Assembly (NCBI GenBank): GCA_049426725.1
Contig: JBMSYN010000007.1
Coordinates: 2,291 to 66,290, forward strand
From: Candidatus Kapaibacteriota bacterium
GTDB taxonomy: Bacteria > Bacteroidota > Ignavibacteria > Kapaibacteriales > UBA961
DNA length: 64,000 nucleotides
Direction of reading: 5' to 3'
Shown one piece after another: positions 9,601-19,256 of this stretch. Positions within the stretch are counted from its first letter, which is position 1. Each line of letters begins with the position of its first letter. The position numbers were made by a program, and so were the translations under genes. Under the pieces are notes generated by a model. The model saw only the letters and a program-made list of their open reading frames with translations, searched no databases and had not been told where the DNA came from.

Positions 9601-10701
9601 GCGCAATCCGGGTGTGCCGCCAATGGTGATCAAATAGGACGACTCTTTGTCATAAGGATGCGTGAAATGTCTGAAATCAAGATTTTTTCCGGCATCATCA
9701 GTGCCAAGTCTGAAGCCGGTCGCAGGTTCACCATAAAAATACAATCCTTCCAACTCTCCATCAGCCGTGGTTCGTACAATCACAGCTTGTTCGCTCATGG
9801 AATTTACGCCTGCAGAATCTACATTCTCAGGCAATAATGTTCCTCCCAATCCAAATACTTTGAGTGTTGAGAGGGCATCTTTGTTTGCGATGATTCCGGC
9901 GGAGGCAAGCATTGACTTATCTATTCTGTAAATGCCTTGTTTGGTCACTTTTACTTGTGCCCAAGGTCCGGAAGATTTCAATGTGCGAGGTGTGATTTTT
10001 GCATACGATTGTTGATCACCCACTGTCCATGATTTCGTTTCCCGATGATTTGCAGTAAATGCTAAGTCATCAAATCCCGGATCTTTTCGTGAAGAGGTGA
10101 ATTGTGCTTGATTGAATGCAACAGTACATTCAATGCTTTTTGGAATTTCTATAATCCCCGAAGCAGGATTTGTTCGAAGAGCTTTGATGAGTAAATGAGC
10201 GACATGTCGATTGCGAGAGATTCCTGAATATGAGATTGAAGCCCAAGAATTGAAATCTGCTTTTGCATAAGCCGATGCATTGATGACATATACAAAATCG
10301 GAAATGGAATCAGACACTTTTCTCAGCGTTGGAATGGGCGCAATCCTTCCCTTCACTTGTTGAATGATTCCTGATTTGCATGATTGCAAAGCAAAACCAT
10401 TCTCATTTGGAACGGTTAACGGAATTGAATAGACGATTGAACTAGGTGAGCCGGCATCTCCGATGCGCATTGCATCTTTGATGATTGGTACAATCGTGGT
10501 TTCTCCATCAATTGTTTTGATGGTGTCATAGCCCAAAATTGAGATGTCAATACGAACCGTAAATGATGAAGTAGTTGACTTGATAATAGACCCCTTTGGA
10601 ATACCTTGTTGTGCCCTAGAATTTGCCACACTAAACATGACAAACATTAGTACTATGATCCCCTTGATCATGGATACCTTATGTTTTGCAAAAATTGCCA
10701 T
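6625..10701 (-). CDS. porU: Type IX secretion C-terminal signal peptidase/sortase PorU (peptidase C25 family)
   Basis: C25 core: LLITHQELLESANAYKAYRE...DIFAEFSCGMTDVTAIRDY...MMFWGDGHYDYKN; His motif NWIGHGSP; Cys motif FFLTAATCDFARF. Own CTD at the C-terminus (VYPNPTNQEANIGF...GVYHCVMNV...GKIIVNR). Start set at ATG 10701 (MAIFAKHKVSMIKGIIVLMFVMFSVANSRAQQ), with AAGGAG 7 nt upstream. Confidence 0.75.
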   Translation of the reverse strand: MAIFAKHKVSMIKGIIVLMFVMFSVANSRAQQGIPKGSIIKSTTSSFTVRIDISILGYDTIKTIDGETTIVPIIKDAMRIGDAGSPSSIVYSIPLTVPNENGFALQSCKSGIIQQVKGRIAPIPTLRKVSDSISDFVYVINASAYAKADFNSWASISYSGISRNRHVAHLLIKALRTNPASGIIEIPKSIECTVAFNQAQFTSSRKDPGFDDLAFTANHRETKSWTVGDQQSYAKITPRTLKSSGPWAQVKVTKQGIYRIDKSMLASAGIIANKDALSTLKVFGLGGTLLPENVDSAGVNSMSEQAVIVRTTADGELEGLYFYGEPATGFRLGTDDAGKNLDFRHFTHPYDKESSYLITIGGTPGLRAKALPTIPADSIAHRPSTFTSRMFNEEELMNAFSAPSGRIWFGKTIESLSPRTYTTILQDLARTDSITYRYRVVSKTKQDGTLIVSEQGKEIDVVNISGTNPFNNPYSYTEAKGTPLQEIRFPSTLIPQDNRSVLRFSYESPLGGPASTAIMDWFEILYPRTLNAFNNELEVYSDLKKNGGTEYNVSGFTGQNIFGFDISNPRHPQLLENVSTTGGIYVFRNTESSSKPRRYFVSGAFIAPTIKSITLSELRNDNEGAEMLLITHQELLESANAYKAYRESTGTSVKVVTTKDIFAEFSCGMTDVTAIRDYATHALKNWTKKPKYMMFWGDGHYDYKNIQVTKTNFIPTYQIDDTPQEYRETVSACVDDYFARLIGKDNMIDIMMARMPVLSNDNGMWLAQKIKHYEQQLMTGTWQQRVCLVADDGPVGSGSEGTQHTSQSERLARTYIPEDMLLEKIYLAEYPAEIVSNGRRKPAVTQELLSEINDNGMVLLNWIGHGSPRLWAHERVFEKETIIPQMLNKDKLFFLTAATCDFARFDDAERESGAEDLVRSERGGAIGVFAATRLVYSYENAEICEQFYTDLFSRDANGLYLTLGEAMFKTKQLRFRDNDEKYLILGDPSLRLQFPNDIVQFDSINMTAIDANLPDTSLIRMKALQTVSVAGTIRKGNGKEIDDSFKGTILVTVKDSDIELKVKDPVDNVTHTINEQGSILARSTFQVNNGRFTGSFIVPKDIGFTNKRGRMIGFAYASDDKTAKGSTTSFTVGGIESASEPDTIGPTIAVYLDNRTFQPGNLVRRNPLLIVDLFDNTAINATGAGIGHNIEAWFNTDRIPVDLTEEYQADLSDARKGTAQKRIFTLKEGTNSVRVRAWDVWNNYSETETYFRLADNDSVLITEGLFVYPNPTNQEANIGFIHNQSLPTIAEIRIFDLNGRLVKQDKIEKQELHTWTYRWDCRDEYNAGVPVGVYHCVMNVKQTNGSGMMLHGKIIVNR

Positions 10702-10937
10702 GTAAATCTCCTTACAATGAAATTGCATGGTTATGAATGAAACAGACCTCATTGGATTATGCCCATATCCTGAAAATGGATTCCCCGGGGCTAGGCTGTT
10801 CATGAATAAAACCATGATATGGTACAGACATGTATCGTAAGAAGAATAGGCAGTTGCTAGTATATGGTTAATGAACGAATGCAAATTACCATGCATCACC
10901 AACTCTCACAAACGAAAATTTATGCCAAAGTCTGCAG

Positions 10938-10956
10938 ATTGTGATAAAATCACAAT
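10938..10956. promoter_or_regulatory. Perfect 19-bp palindrome ATTGTGAT-AAA-ATCACAAT in the porU/lysE-like divergent intergenic region (candidate operator)
   Basis: Read directly from the sequence: arms at 10938-10945 and 10949-10956 are exact reverse complements. Confidence 0.35.
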
Positions 10957-11046
10957 GTTGACTCGATTAACAACAATGAACAAAGAGATTTAGTTTGCAC
11001 AAACGGCTGAAAGTGTGGAAGTATTTCAACACTCTTCCTGACACTT

Positions 11047-11077
11047 TTGGCGGGGTTTACTCAATTGCGTAAATTTG
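11047..11077 (+). promoter_or_regulatory. Candidate Bacteroidetes-type promoter (TTG-N20-TAaaTTTG) for the LysE-family gene
   Basis: TTGgcggggtttactcaattgcgTAAATTTG. The -7 box ends 53 nt before GTG 11131. Confidence 0.4.
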
Positions 11078-11130
11078 GAATGTGGAAAAGGGGTCTTGGG
11101 ATCTCTTCATTGTTGTACTATTGAGGCACA

Positions 11131-11868
11131 GTGCCTTTGCCCATGCTTGTTACTTTACTCATTGGCATAGCAGTCGGCTTTGTTTTGGCCATCCCTCCCG
11201 GACCCATTGGTGTGTCCGTGATAAAGATAGCGCTCAACAATGACAAAAGAGGGGGCATCCTGATTGGTATTGGGGCATCTCTCATGGACATGATATACTG
11301 TTTGATTGCCATGCTGTTCACAACGGCTGTTTTTGGCTCTTTACAGTACTTTTTCGACACATATCCATTTGCAATGCTGCTCTTTCAGGGTTTTTGCATT
11401 GCTGCAATGTTGATTTTTGGTCTTTTACAGTTCAAAACACCAAAATTTTCTTCAACATCACCAGATTTGGAGAAAAAAATAGAAAATTCGCCATTAAAGC
11501 GCATCATGGAGCGCTTAAAACAAGGGGGCCCTTTTTTCCTTGGTATAGCAATTGCTCTTGCAAATATTGCCAATCCAACGTTTTTGCCATCACTTGCTTA
11601 TACGTGCATGTTTGTGCAGCATAGCAATATGATTACGGTTTCTTCGTTGGATAGTGTCCTGTTTTCTTTGGGATTCGGGATTGGAAACTTTGCATGGATG
11701 TATTTGCTTCTTCGTGTACTCCTGCATTTCAAGGCCAGGTTTTCAGCTGAATTCACTCTCAGGATTCAGCGCTTTGCCGGTCTCACCATGATTGGCGTAG
11801 GGACATATCTTGGGTATCGAGTGATATTATTCACGAAATGGCCTGAGATACTTCGATTTATTTTCTGA
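11131..11868 (+). CDS. LysE/RhtB family amino-acid efflux translocator
   Basis: Six-TM-type protein. N-terminus LLIGIAVGFVLAIPPGPIGVSVIKIAL...GIGASLMDMIYCLIAML is typical of LysE-type exporters. The start is GTG 11131 or ATG 11143. Confidence 0.6.
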   Translation: MPLPMLVTLLIGIAVGFVLAIPPGPIGVSVIKIALNNDKRGGILIGIGASLMDMIYCLIAMLFTTAVFGSLQYFFDTYPFAMLLFQGFCIAAMLIFGLLQFKTPKFSSTSPDLEKKIENSPLKRIMERLKQGGPFFLGIAIALANIANPTFLPSLAYTCMFVQHSNMITVSSLDSVLFSLGFGIGNFAWMYLLLRVLLHFKARFSAEFTLRIQRFAGLTMIGVGTYLGYRVILFTKWPEILRFIF

Positions 11869-11963
11869 AGGTATATTTTACATACGAAATAGTAAACCAT
11901 TGGTTCAAGATTGAGCCAAGATGAGACGGTGTCTTTAATTACTTTACATAGATAGAGGTTATC

Positions 11964-14900
11964 ATGAATCGCAGACTTACTTCGATCTTGTTTGCGCTGT
12001 TTTTCTTCTCTTTTTCGGTACTGCAGTCGCAGGAACCCGGATGGGATCTTGCCAGAACAGGAGGAAATATACAGTCAGACAAAGGATTGTCCATTCATCG
12101 TTATTCACCGAGCATTACATATGTCGGAGGATATTTTTCGAATTCCATTTCATTTGGGTTGATCAATATTCCAGGTAGTGGTGGAGAGGATGGACTCTTG
12201 GTTCGTTTCACAGGTGATGGACAAGCAATATGGGTGAATCGCATTGCTGGTCCGGGAAATGAGCGTGTGCTTGCAATAACCGGTGATGCGAGCGGAAATG
12301 TATATGCAACCGGTTACTTTGAACAAACTGCCGGTGTGAGTGGAACATTCATCGATAGCAAAGGTGGCAAAGACATCTATCTTGCAAAGTATTCACAGGC
12401 AGGTTTATTGATGTGGGTGCGCACACTTGGAAGCAAAGGCGATGATATGGGAACCGGCTTGAGCTGTGATGCGCAAGGAAATGTGTATTTGACTTCGACA
12501 TATTCAGATTCCATGACATTTATTGCAAAGACTGCCGATACAATTCGTTATGCAACAGCAGGTGGTAAAGACATCGCAATTCTACGATTTGATGAAAATG
12601 GAAAAATCATGTCACATACTCGTGGCGGAAGTACGAATGATGATTTCTCCTCCGACATCATTGTTCATCCCGGTGGAGTTGCCTTCAATGGAACATATTC
12701 CGGAAGAATAATAATGAATAATGATTCTTTGACTTCTGTTGGTGTAAGCGACATGTTCTTGGCGAACTATTCAGTAGATACTTTATTGGTGTTCAGACCA
12801 ACATGGCTCATGAATATTGGTGGATTGCAAACTGAATCAGCTGATGACATAGACATAGATCCACAAGGAAATTTTTATGTGACAGGTACTACAAATGGAA
12901 ATGTCACAATTGGACAGCAAACGCTCAATGCGCTCGGAGGATCCGATGGCATACTGGCAAAGATCACGCCTGCAAAAGTTGTTGAATGGGCACAATTGAT
13001 TGGTGGAACAGGCAATGACAATTGCGCGGGAGTCAGCATAGACAATACAGGCAATGTGATGACAACCGGAATATTTTCAGGAACCGTTTCATTTGGATCA
13101 ACAACTCTTTCTTCTCGTGGTGGAAGCGATGTATTTGTTGCGAAAATGAATGCCAATGGAAATACACAATGGGTCAAACAAGCTGGTTCAACTTCTGATG
13201 ACAATGTGGAATCAATCTCCAATAATGGCGGAGGTGGTGCACTCATCACAGGGTCGCATGGATTTGAAACTATACTCGAACCATTCACTTTAACCGGAAA
13301 AGGTTCAGATGATTTTTATATGGCTCGTATTTTGGACATCGCACAAAATGATCTTGCGGTGATTTCTATCAATACGCTTCCTGCACCATTCACACCCGGT
13401 AAAAAACCAATTACCGCCACTGTGAAAAATACGGGTAGCAATACAATCAATACCGGAAGCATCGAATTGTATGAAGGTGGAGTCAAACGTGCGACCAAAG
13501 CATTGCCATCTTCCATTGCTCCCGGGCAAACTCTTGAAGTTTCACTTGATTCCATCAATTTCAATCCTGCAACGTATGTTTCATTGATGGCAGTTTCCAT
13601 GCTACCAAATGGTCAGCAAGATGGAAATACAGGAAATGATGTCGTCAACCGCCGTGTTGCCCCCGGACTTTTGAAAGGCACATATACTATTGGTGGAAAA
13701 GATCCTGCTTTTACTTCCATTGCAATTGCTGCGGAATATGTCAGCAATTGGGGAATTCTCGATTCAGTGACATTCCATGTGCGTCCGGCAATCTATGATG
13801 CACAAGTAGTACTTGGTCAAATCCCAGGATCAGCACTAAACAAACCTGTCATCTTCAAAGCAGATCCGGAAACAAATCAAGCGCCAACCATTTCATTCAC
13901 ATCTCGTTATGCCGAAAGAAATCATGTGATGCTTTTGGATGGTACAGACAATGTGCAATTCAACAATATGATTGTAAGTTCAACATCAGGTCTTTTGGGC
14001 AATGCAATCATTTTACGCAATAATACTTCTTCATTGTTATTCGATAATGTAACAATCAATGTTCCACTCACTGCAGCAGGAAATGGCATCACGATTGAAT
14101 CCACAAACAATGCTCAGAACATAATCATTAAAAATTCAGTGTTCAATGGTGGTGATTATGGTATTCTTAGCAATTATGACACTACATTGTCTGCAGTGAA
14201 TTGCACAGTCACCAATAATCAATTCTCAAGAACAAAGATTGGAGGCATGCAACTTCGCAATGTCAATACTGCATTGATTTCAGGAAATACATTCAAACCT
14301 TCAGGAACAGCAAATCAAGGTTTGTCCATCATGAAGGCAGTAGGCGAAGTAAAAATTACCAATAATGTTATTCTTGGTTTAAAACAAGGCTCGGCAATTG
14401 CAGTGCATGAAGCTCCCGGTAGTGTGAATGCAGGAACATTGATTGCAAACAATATGACAACAGTTGGGGACAATGGAAGCAATGGAACCGGAATCATACT
14501 CAATAAAACAGGATTTGCAGGGATTTATCATAATACCATACGTGGATTCAACACATCGCTCAATGCATCTCTTTTGAATATCAATGGTGGAAACAATATC
14601 ACTGCATTGAATAATATTCTCTCGAATGCTGATCGTTGTATTGGAATTTCAGTAACACATGATCAAACACAATCCATGCCTCTCAGCATTTCAGATTTTA
14701 ATGTCATACATACCGACTCTGGTTTCGTAGGACAAATAAATGATGGCAACTCGACCAATCAATATAGCGGTCTTGCACAATGGAGATTGGCAACATCAAA
14801 AGATGCGAATTCAATTTCAAAACGTATTGCATTTTCAACAGATGGCGTTCATTTGAATGGAGTTGATGAACAACTATTTGGAGATAGAACAGTCAGTCAA

Positions 14901-16625
14901 ATCATCGACAAAGACATCGATGGAGAGGAGCGTCGCAATAGTTATATAGGTGCTGATGAAATCATACCTGTGATTACGGTATTGCAACAACCTACTCGAA
15001 CCATAACTTGTGATACAACCAATGCAATCATTTTTGTCAATGCAACAGCTACTTTCAATGGTCAATTGACATATCAATGGACAAAAAATGGTGTGCTCAT
15101 TCCAAATACAAATAATGACACACTCTTCATCAATCGAGCAAGCTATCAGAATGAAGGATTTTATCGTTGCATCATAAAATCAAATTCGGGTGCTGATACT
15201 GTTCTCACAAATCAAGCACAATTGCTCGTTTCAACGAGAACGACCATTCTCAATGATATTCAAAATCAATACACTGTGGCGGGTGGCATCGCAATCTTTG
15301 ATATTGGTGCAGAAGTGGCAAGCGTTCCACCAACTCATCTTGTAAAATATCGTTGGTTTAAAGACAATGTTGAATATACCACCAATACAAATACCGTAAC
15401 CGGAGTGAATACGCCTCGTTTGACATTGAAAAATGTGACAGTCGCAGACACAGGTGCTCGCTATCGCGTGATTGTTGAAGGTGCATGTGGATCTGATACA
15501 AGTTCGATTGCCGGCATTTATATGCCCGGTGTTCTTTTTTCAAACCAACCAAAGGACACAATTGTTTGCCCAAATGGAAATATCAGAGTAAGTGCTGAAG
15601 TGTTTCCAACAATCGCTGGTTTGGATCTTGCATATCAATGGAAGAGAGGAATGGTTTCACTACCTTCAAATAATAGAAGATATCAAGGTGTAAATACGCC
15701 AATACTTACAATTGATAGTTTGAATGCCACTGACACTTCAAGCAATTATGTATTGGAAGTGATTGTCATTGCAAACAATGCTAGGTTCTTTTCGAATCCC
15801 GTGAAAATATTGAACTATCAAGCAACCGCAATCACAAAACAACCTGCTTCAAATCAAGTTTGCATGAATAAGCCTTATACAATTAGTGTAGATGCACAAG
15901 GATCAGGTCTTTCTTATCAATGGCAAAGAAATGATACCAATATAGTTGGAGCAACGGAAGCATCTTATACTGTGCCTAAAATGGACAGAAGTTTGATTGG
16001 ACGCTATCGCGTGATTGTATCAGGCATCTGTGGAACGACAGCTTCGAATATTGCAAACATTTCTCCATTGCAAGAATTGGTTGTATTGAGTCAATCACCA
16101 AAAAATGTCGTTCAAAATTTGACAAAAGATTTAACACTCAATGTCTATGCCGCCGGCGTCGACCCACTTCGCTATCAATGGTATAAAAATGGCGAAAAAC
16201 TTGATGGTGAAACTGCATCAGTCTTTTTCAAAGCCAATGTAAGCATTGCCGATACCGGTTCCTATTGGTGTGTAATCAGTGATCGTTGTGATACAATTCT
16301 CTCCGATTCAATACGCGTAAAACTCGTACCTGTATCAGTTGAAGAGAGTGTTGCCGGTGAATATAGCATTGGTTTGCAATCAATTGCACCAAATCCTGCT
16401 TCAGACAATATTCAAGCACGCATCATCAGCATGATGCCGGGAGAAGCAATGATTGAGATTCATTCAATCTTTGGATCAACAGTCATTCCTATGTTCAAAA
16501 CATCACTTGAAAAAGGAATAAATATAGTCCCAATCCAAACGGATATGCTTCCTTCCGGAACATATCTTTGTACGATGACAATGAATGGCATGATAAGTAC
16601 CCATACATTCTCTATTGTAAAGTAG
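11964..16625 (+). CDS. Giant T9SS-secreted adhesin-like protein: SBBP beta-propeller repeats, CARDB-like domain, right-handed beta-helix, five Ig-like domains, CTD
   Basis: Signal peptide MNRRLTSILFALFFFSFSVLQSQ. Repeated G..DDxGxxxxxDxxGNVYxTG (SBBP-like). DLAVISINTL...KNTGSNTINTGSIELYEGG (CARDB-like). NNxxIxNN beta-helix rungs at about aa 640-900. Five YQW/YRWxK(N)G...DtG.Y.C/V Ig-like modules. C-terminal IAPNPASDNIQARI...GTYLCTMTMNG...FSIVK. Confidence 0.7.
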   Translation: MNRRLTSILFALFFFSFSVLQSQEPGWDLARTGGNIQSDKGLSIHRYSPSITYVGGYFSNSISFGLINIPGSGGEDGLLVRFTGDGQAIWVNRIAGPGNERVLAITGDASGNVYATGYFEQTAGVSGTFIDSKGGKDIYLAKYSQAGLLMWVRTLGSKGDDMGTGLSCDAQGNVYLTSTYSDSMTFIAKTADTIRYATAGGKDIAILRFDENGKIMSHTRGGSTNDDFSSDIIVHPGGVAFNGTYSGRIIMNNDSLTSVGVSDMFLANYSVDTLLVFRPTWLMNIGGLQTESADDIDIDPQGNFYVTGTTNGNVTIGQQTLNALGGSDGILAKITPAKVVEWAQLIGGTGNDNCAGVSIDNTGNVMTTGIFSGTVSFGSTTLSSRGGSDVFVAKMNANGNTQWVKQAGSTSDDNVESISNNGGGGALITGSHGFETILEPFTLTGKGSDDFYMARILDIAQNDLAVISINTLPAPFTPGKKPITATVKNTGSNTINTGSIELYEGGVKRATKALPSSIAPGQTLEVSLDSINFNPATYVSLMAVSMLPNGQQDGNTGNDVVNRRVAPGLLKGTYTIGGKDPAFTSIAIAAEYVSNWGILDSVTFHVRPAIYDAQVVLGQIPGSALNKPVIFKADPETNQAPTISFTSRYAERNHVMLLDGTDNVQFNNMIVSSTSGLLGNAIILRNNTSSLLFDNVTINVPLTAAGNGITIESTNNAQNIIIKNSVFNGGDYGILSNYDTTLSAVNCTVTNNQFSRTKIGGMQLRNVNTALISGNTFKPSGTANQGLSIMKAVGEVKITNNVILGLKQGSAIAVHEAPGSVNAGTLIANNMTTVGDNGSNGTGIILNKTGFAGIYHNTIRGFNTSLNASLLNINGGNNITALNNILSNADRCIGISVTHDQTQSMPLSISDFNVIHTDSGFVGQINDGNSTNQYSGLAQWRLATSKDANSISKRIAFSTDGVHLNGVDEQLFGDRTVSQIIDKDIDGEERRNSYIGADEIIPVITVLQQPTRTITCDTTNAIIFVNATATFNGQLTYQWTKNGVLIPNTNNDTLFINRASYQNEGFYRCIIKSNSGADTVLTNQAQLLVSTRTTILNDIQNQYTVAGGIAIFDIGAEVASVPPTHLVKYRWFKDNVEYTTNTNTVTGVNTPRLTLKNVTVADTGARYRVIVEGACGSDTSSIAGIYMPGVLFSNQPKDTIVCPNGNIRVSAEVFPTIAGLDLAYQWKRGMVSLPSNNRRYQGVNTPILTIDSLNATDTSSNYVLEVIVIANNARFFSNPVKILNYQATAITKQPASNQVCMNKPYTISVDAQGSGLSYQWQRNDTNIVGATEASYTVPKMDRSLIGRYRVIVSGICGTTASNIANISPLQELVVLSQSPKNVVQNLTKDLTLNVYAAGVDPLRYQWYKNGEKLDGETASVFFKANVSIADTGSYWCVISDRCDTILSDSIRVKLVPVSVEESVAGEYSIGLQSIAPNPASDNIQARIISMMPGEAMIEIHSIFGSTVIPMFKTSLEKGINIVPIQTDMLPSGTYLCTMTMNGMISTHTFSIVK

Positions 16626-16650
16626 AATCAATCACAGAGTCTGATTCAAA

Positions 16651-16683
16651 AGCCATGGAGTTAATCCATGGCTTTTTGTTTTA
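16651..16683 (+). terminator. Rho-independent terminator after the 1553-aa gene
   Basis: agccatgga-gttaa-tccatggct (9-bp stem) followed by tttttgtttt. Confidence 0.7.
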
Positions 16684-16712
16684 GGACAATACAGATTACC
16701 AATGATTTATTG

Positions 16713-16720
16713 TAAATTTG
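16713..16720 (+). promoter_or_regulatory. Candidate -7 box TAaaTTTG upstream of the M1 peptidase gene (no TTG at -33 spacing)
   Basis: TAAATTTG at 16713-16720. GGAG at 16744-16747 precedes ATG 16752. Confidence 0.3.
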
Positions 16721-16751
16721 TCATGCTTTAATGACCCTCAAATGTGGAGAC

Positions 16752-19205
16752 ATGATGTATTTGCGACTTTTTCTTCTTTGCTATTTGCTCAATGCTTCAA
16801 TTGCGATTTCACAAGTGGTAATACCCACTTCAACCAGAGTGCGTGAGCCGGAAAGTGAACCCAGAGAACATCCAATAGACATGCAACTCATGTCTGTCAA
16901 ACTTCGTTTCCAACCAGAACAAGGATTGGTGAAAGGTATAGTGACGCATGTTTTCAACCCTCTTCGGAAAACCGTTGATTCCATCATCTTTGATGCAATT
17001 GATATCACGATCAAAGAAGCAATGCACAATGGAAAGCCGGTGCGATATAGAAATACAGACAATTCTGTAATTGTCTATCCGCTGAATATGCATTGGAACA
17101 CTCTCGATTCCATATCTTTTGTCTATGAAGCAAAGCCAAGAAAAGGACTCTATTTCATCGGTTGGAATGATACCACAAAAAGATCCAGAATGCAGATTTG
17201 GTCGCAAGGACAAGGCATTGACAATCGAGCTTGGATTCCGATGTATGATGAGATGAATGATAAGTATATAACGGAAACCATCACAACATTTGATAAAGAG
17301 TATCAAGTATTGTCAAATGGCGACTTACTTTCTGCAAAAGAAAATAGCGATGGTACAAAGACATGGCATTATCGAATCAATAAACCTCATGCTCCATATC
17401 TCTTAACCTTGATTGTCGGGAAATATGCAATCGAAGAAAGAAAATCATCAACCGGAATTAAACATGCATTGTATTATTATCCTGAATTTCCCGAAAGAGT
17501 TGAACCCACTTATAGATTTTCCACTGAGATGATGGATTGGCTTGAATCTTATATTGGCATTCCATATCCTTGGAAAACCTATGCGCAAGCAATGGTTCAG
17601 GATTTTACATTTGGTGCAATGGAAAATACAACTGCAACAACTTTTGGTGACTTCTCCTTTGTAGACAAAAGAGGATTCAAAGACAGAAGTTATATCTCTA
17701 CAAATGTTCACGAACTTACACATCAATGGTTTGGTGATTATATCACCGCTCGCTCACAACAACATGTATGGCTGCAAGAAAGCTTTGCAACATTCTATCC
17801 CAAATATTTCTTTAGAAGATATGCGGGCCCCGTCATGGAGGACGCAAAGAAATTATTTGGAGAAGATGCATATCAATGGAATCGTCGTGGCGAACAGAAT
17901 TCTGCATTGGCTGCCGGAGAAAAAGATCGCTTGCCAATCGTCCACCCTTCATCCGGTTCAGCACGGATTTATCCAAAAGGCTCAACGGTCATCGACATGT
18001 TGATGTATGTATATGGTGAAGATGAAGTGAGAAGAGTCATCAAACACTATTTGCAGAATCACGCTTATGGAAATGTTGAAACGAATGATTTATATCTCGC
18101 TTTTCAAGATACACTCGGGATTAGCCCAGACTGGTTTTTCGAACAATGGTTGTATAAAGGCGGGGAACCTCACTATTCCATCAATTATGTTGAAGTCGTG
18201 AAAGAGAATGTCAGAAACACCGTATTTCATATTGAGCAAATACACGAACAAGATGAACTCACAAAGCCATTTTCGATGCCTATCGTATTTGAAGTGCATT
18301 ATAAAGATGGAACCAAAGACAGCAGAACAGCTTGGATTGATAAAGTTTTTCAAAATGTGCTTGTGCCGAATCCCGGTAATAAAGAAATCGCCTTTACTTT
18401 ATTTGATCCGTCAAGCAATATTTTGAAGCGCATAACATTCAAGAAATCATTTGCAGAATTACGCGAGCAAGTATTGAATGCACCAAATATGATTGATCGC
18501 TATGATGCACTCATTGCACTCAAAGAAATTGAAGAAGCGGGAAAAGATGAATTGTTATCCAAAGTATTTGCAAAAGAAACATTTCATGCAATGAAAAGTG
18601 AAGTTGTCAATCAAATGCATGAACGCAAATCACCTTTGGCGATGTCCATTCTAAAAAAAGCACTTGAAGACAATTCTGAAGATGTGAAAAAAAGCGCATT
18701 GAATGGATTTCGTATTATTCCAAAGGACATGAAGTCTAATATCGAACAATTACTCAGGGATGATTCTTATTCCATCATCACGACTGCATTAGAAAAATTG
18801 TGCGATGCATTTCCCAATGAAATACCAAACTATGTGAAACAAGTTCAGAATGAGATTGGTTTATATTCACAGATTCTCATCAAATCATTAGAGATTCGTG
18901 CCGGCAAAGGTGATGCCAGTGCTCTGGATTCACTGATTGATTTGACTGGACCATCACATGAGTTTTGGACACGCAGAAATGCTATGAACTCTCTAAAGCG
19001 CATCAATGCTTTCAATGAAAAAGCTCTTTGGAATATGTTGGATGCAGCATGGAATCCAAATTCTCGTTTGGCTTCTAATGCAGTGGAGACTTTGCAATAT
19101 TTCAATCAGCAGGCAAACAACAAGATTCTCATGATTTCAGCCAAGAATAGCAACTCTAATTGGCAATCATGGCAAAAAAAGCAGTGGGATCAAATCTTAC
19201 GCTGA
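16752..19205 (+). CDS. M1 family zinc aminopeptidase (aminopeptidase N-like) with C-terminal helical/HEAT-like repeats
   Basis: FGAMENTTATTF (GAMEN exopeptidase motif). VHELTHQWFGD followed by WLQESFATF (HEXXH-X18-E). Start chosen at ATG 16752 (MMYLRLFLLCYLLNASIAISQ signal peptide, GGAG upstream) rather than 16731. Confidence 0.85.
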   Translation: MMYLRLFLLCYLLNASIAISQVVIPTSTRVREPESEPREHPIDMQLMSVKLRFQPEQGLVKGIVTHVFNPLRKTVDSIIFDAIDITIKEAMHNGKPVRYRNTDNSVIVYPLNMHWNTLDSISFVYEAKPRKGLYFIGWNDTTKRSRMQIWSQGQGIDNRAWIPMYDEMNDKYITETITTFDKEYQVLSNGDLLSAKENSDGTKTWHYRINKPHAPYLLTLIVGKYAIEERKSSTGIKHALYYYPEFPERVEPTYRFSTEMMDWLESYIGIPYPWKTYAQAMVQDFTFGAMENTTATTFGDFSFVDKRGFKDRSYISTNVHELTHQWFGDYITARSQQHVWLQESFATFYPKYFFRRYAGPVMEDAKKLFGEDAYQWNRRGEQNSALAAGEKDRLPIVHPSSGSARIYPKGSTVIDMLMYVYGEDEVRRVIKHYLQNHAYGNVETNDLYLAFQDTLGISPDWFFEQWLYKGGEPHYSINYVEVVKENVRNTVFHIEQIHEQDELTKPFSMPIVFEVHYKDGTKDSRTAWIDKVFQNVLVPNPGNKEIAFTLFDPSSNILKRITFKKSFAELREQVLNAPNMIDRYDALIALKEIEEAGKDELLSKVFAKETFHAMKSEVVNQMHERKSPLAMSILKKALEDNSEDVKKSALNGFRIIPKDMKSNIEQLLRDDSYSIITTALEKLCDAFPNEIPNYVKQVQNEIGLYSQILIKSLEIRAGKGDASALDSLIDLTGPSHEFWTRRNAMNSLKRINAFNEKALWNMLDAAWNPNSRLASNAVETLQYFNQQANNKILMISAKNSNSNWQSWQKKQWDQILR

Positions 19206-19256
19206 TTGATTCAAGAAATTATCATACTTTTGAAAAAGACTTCTAAGGAGACCACA

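Noticed and set aside
10702-10902. In-frame 67-codon upstream extension of porU in the ORF track.
   Set aside because: The extension has no signal-peptide character. ATG 10701 has a perfect AAGGAG 7 nt upstream and begins a typical signal peptide.
10938-10956. Calling the palindrome a CRP/FNR-family site.
   Set aside because: The core is TGTGA-N5-TCACA, whereas the CRP/FNR consensus spacing is N6. It is kept only as a generic candidate operator.
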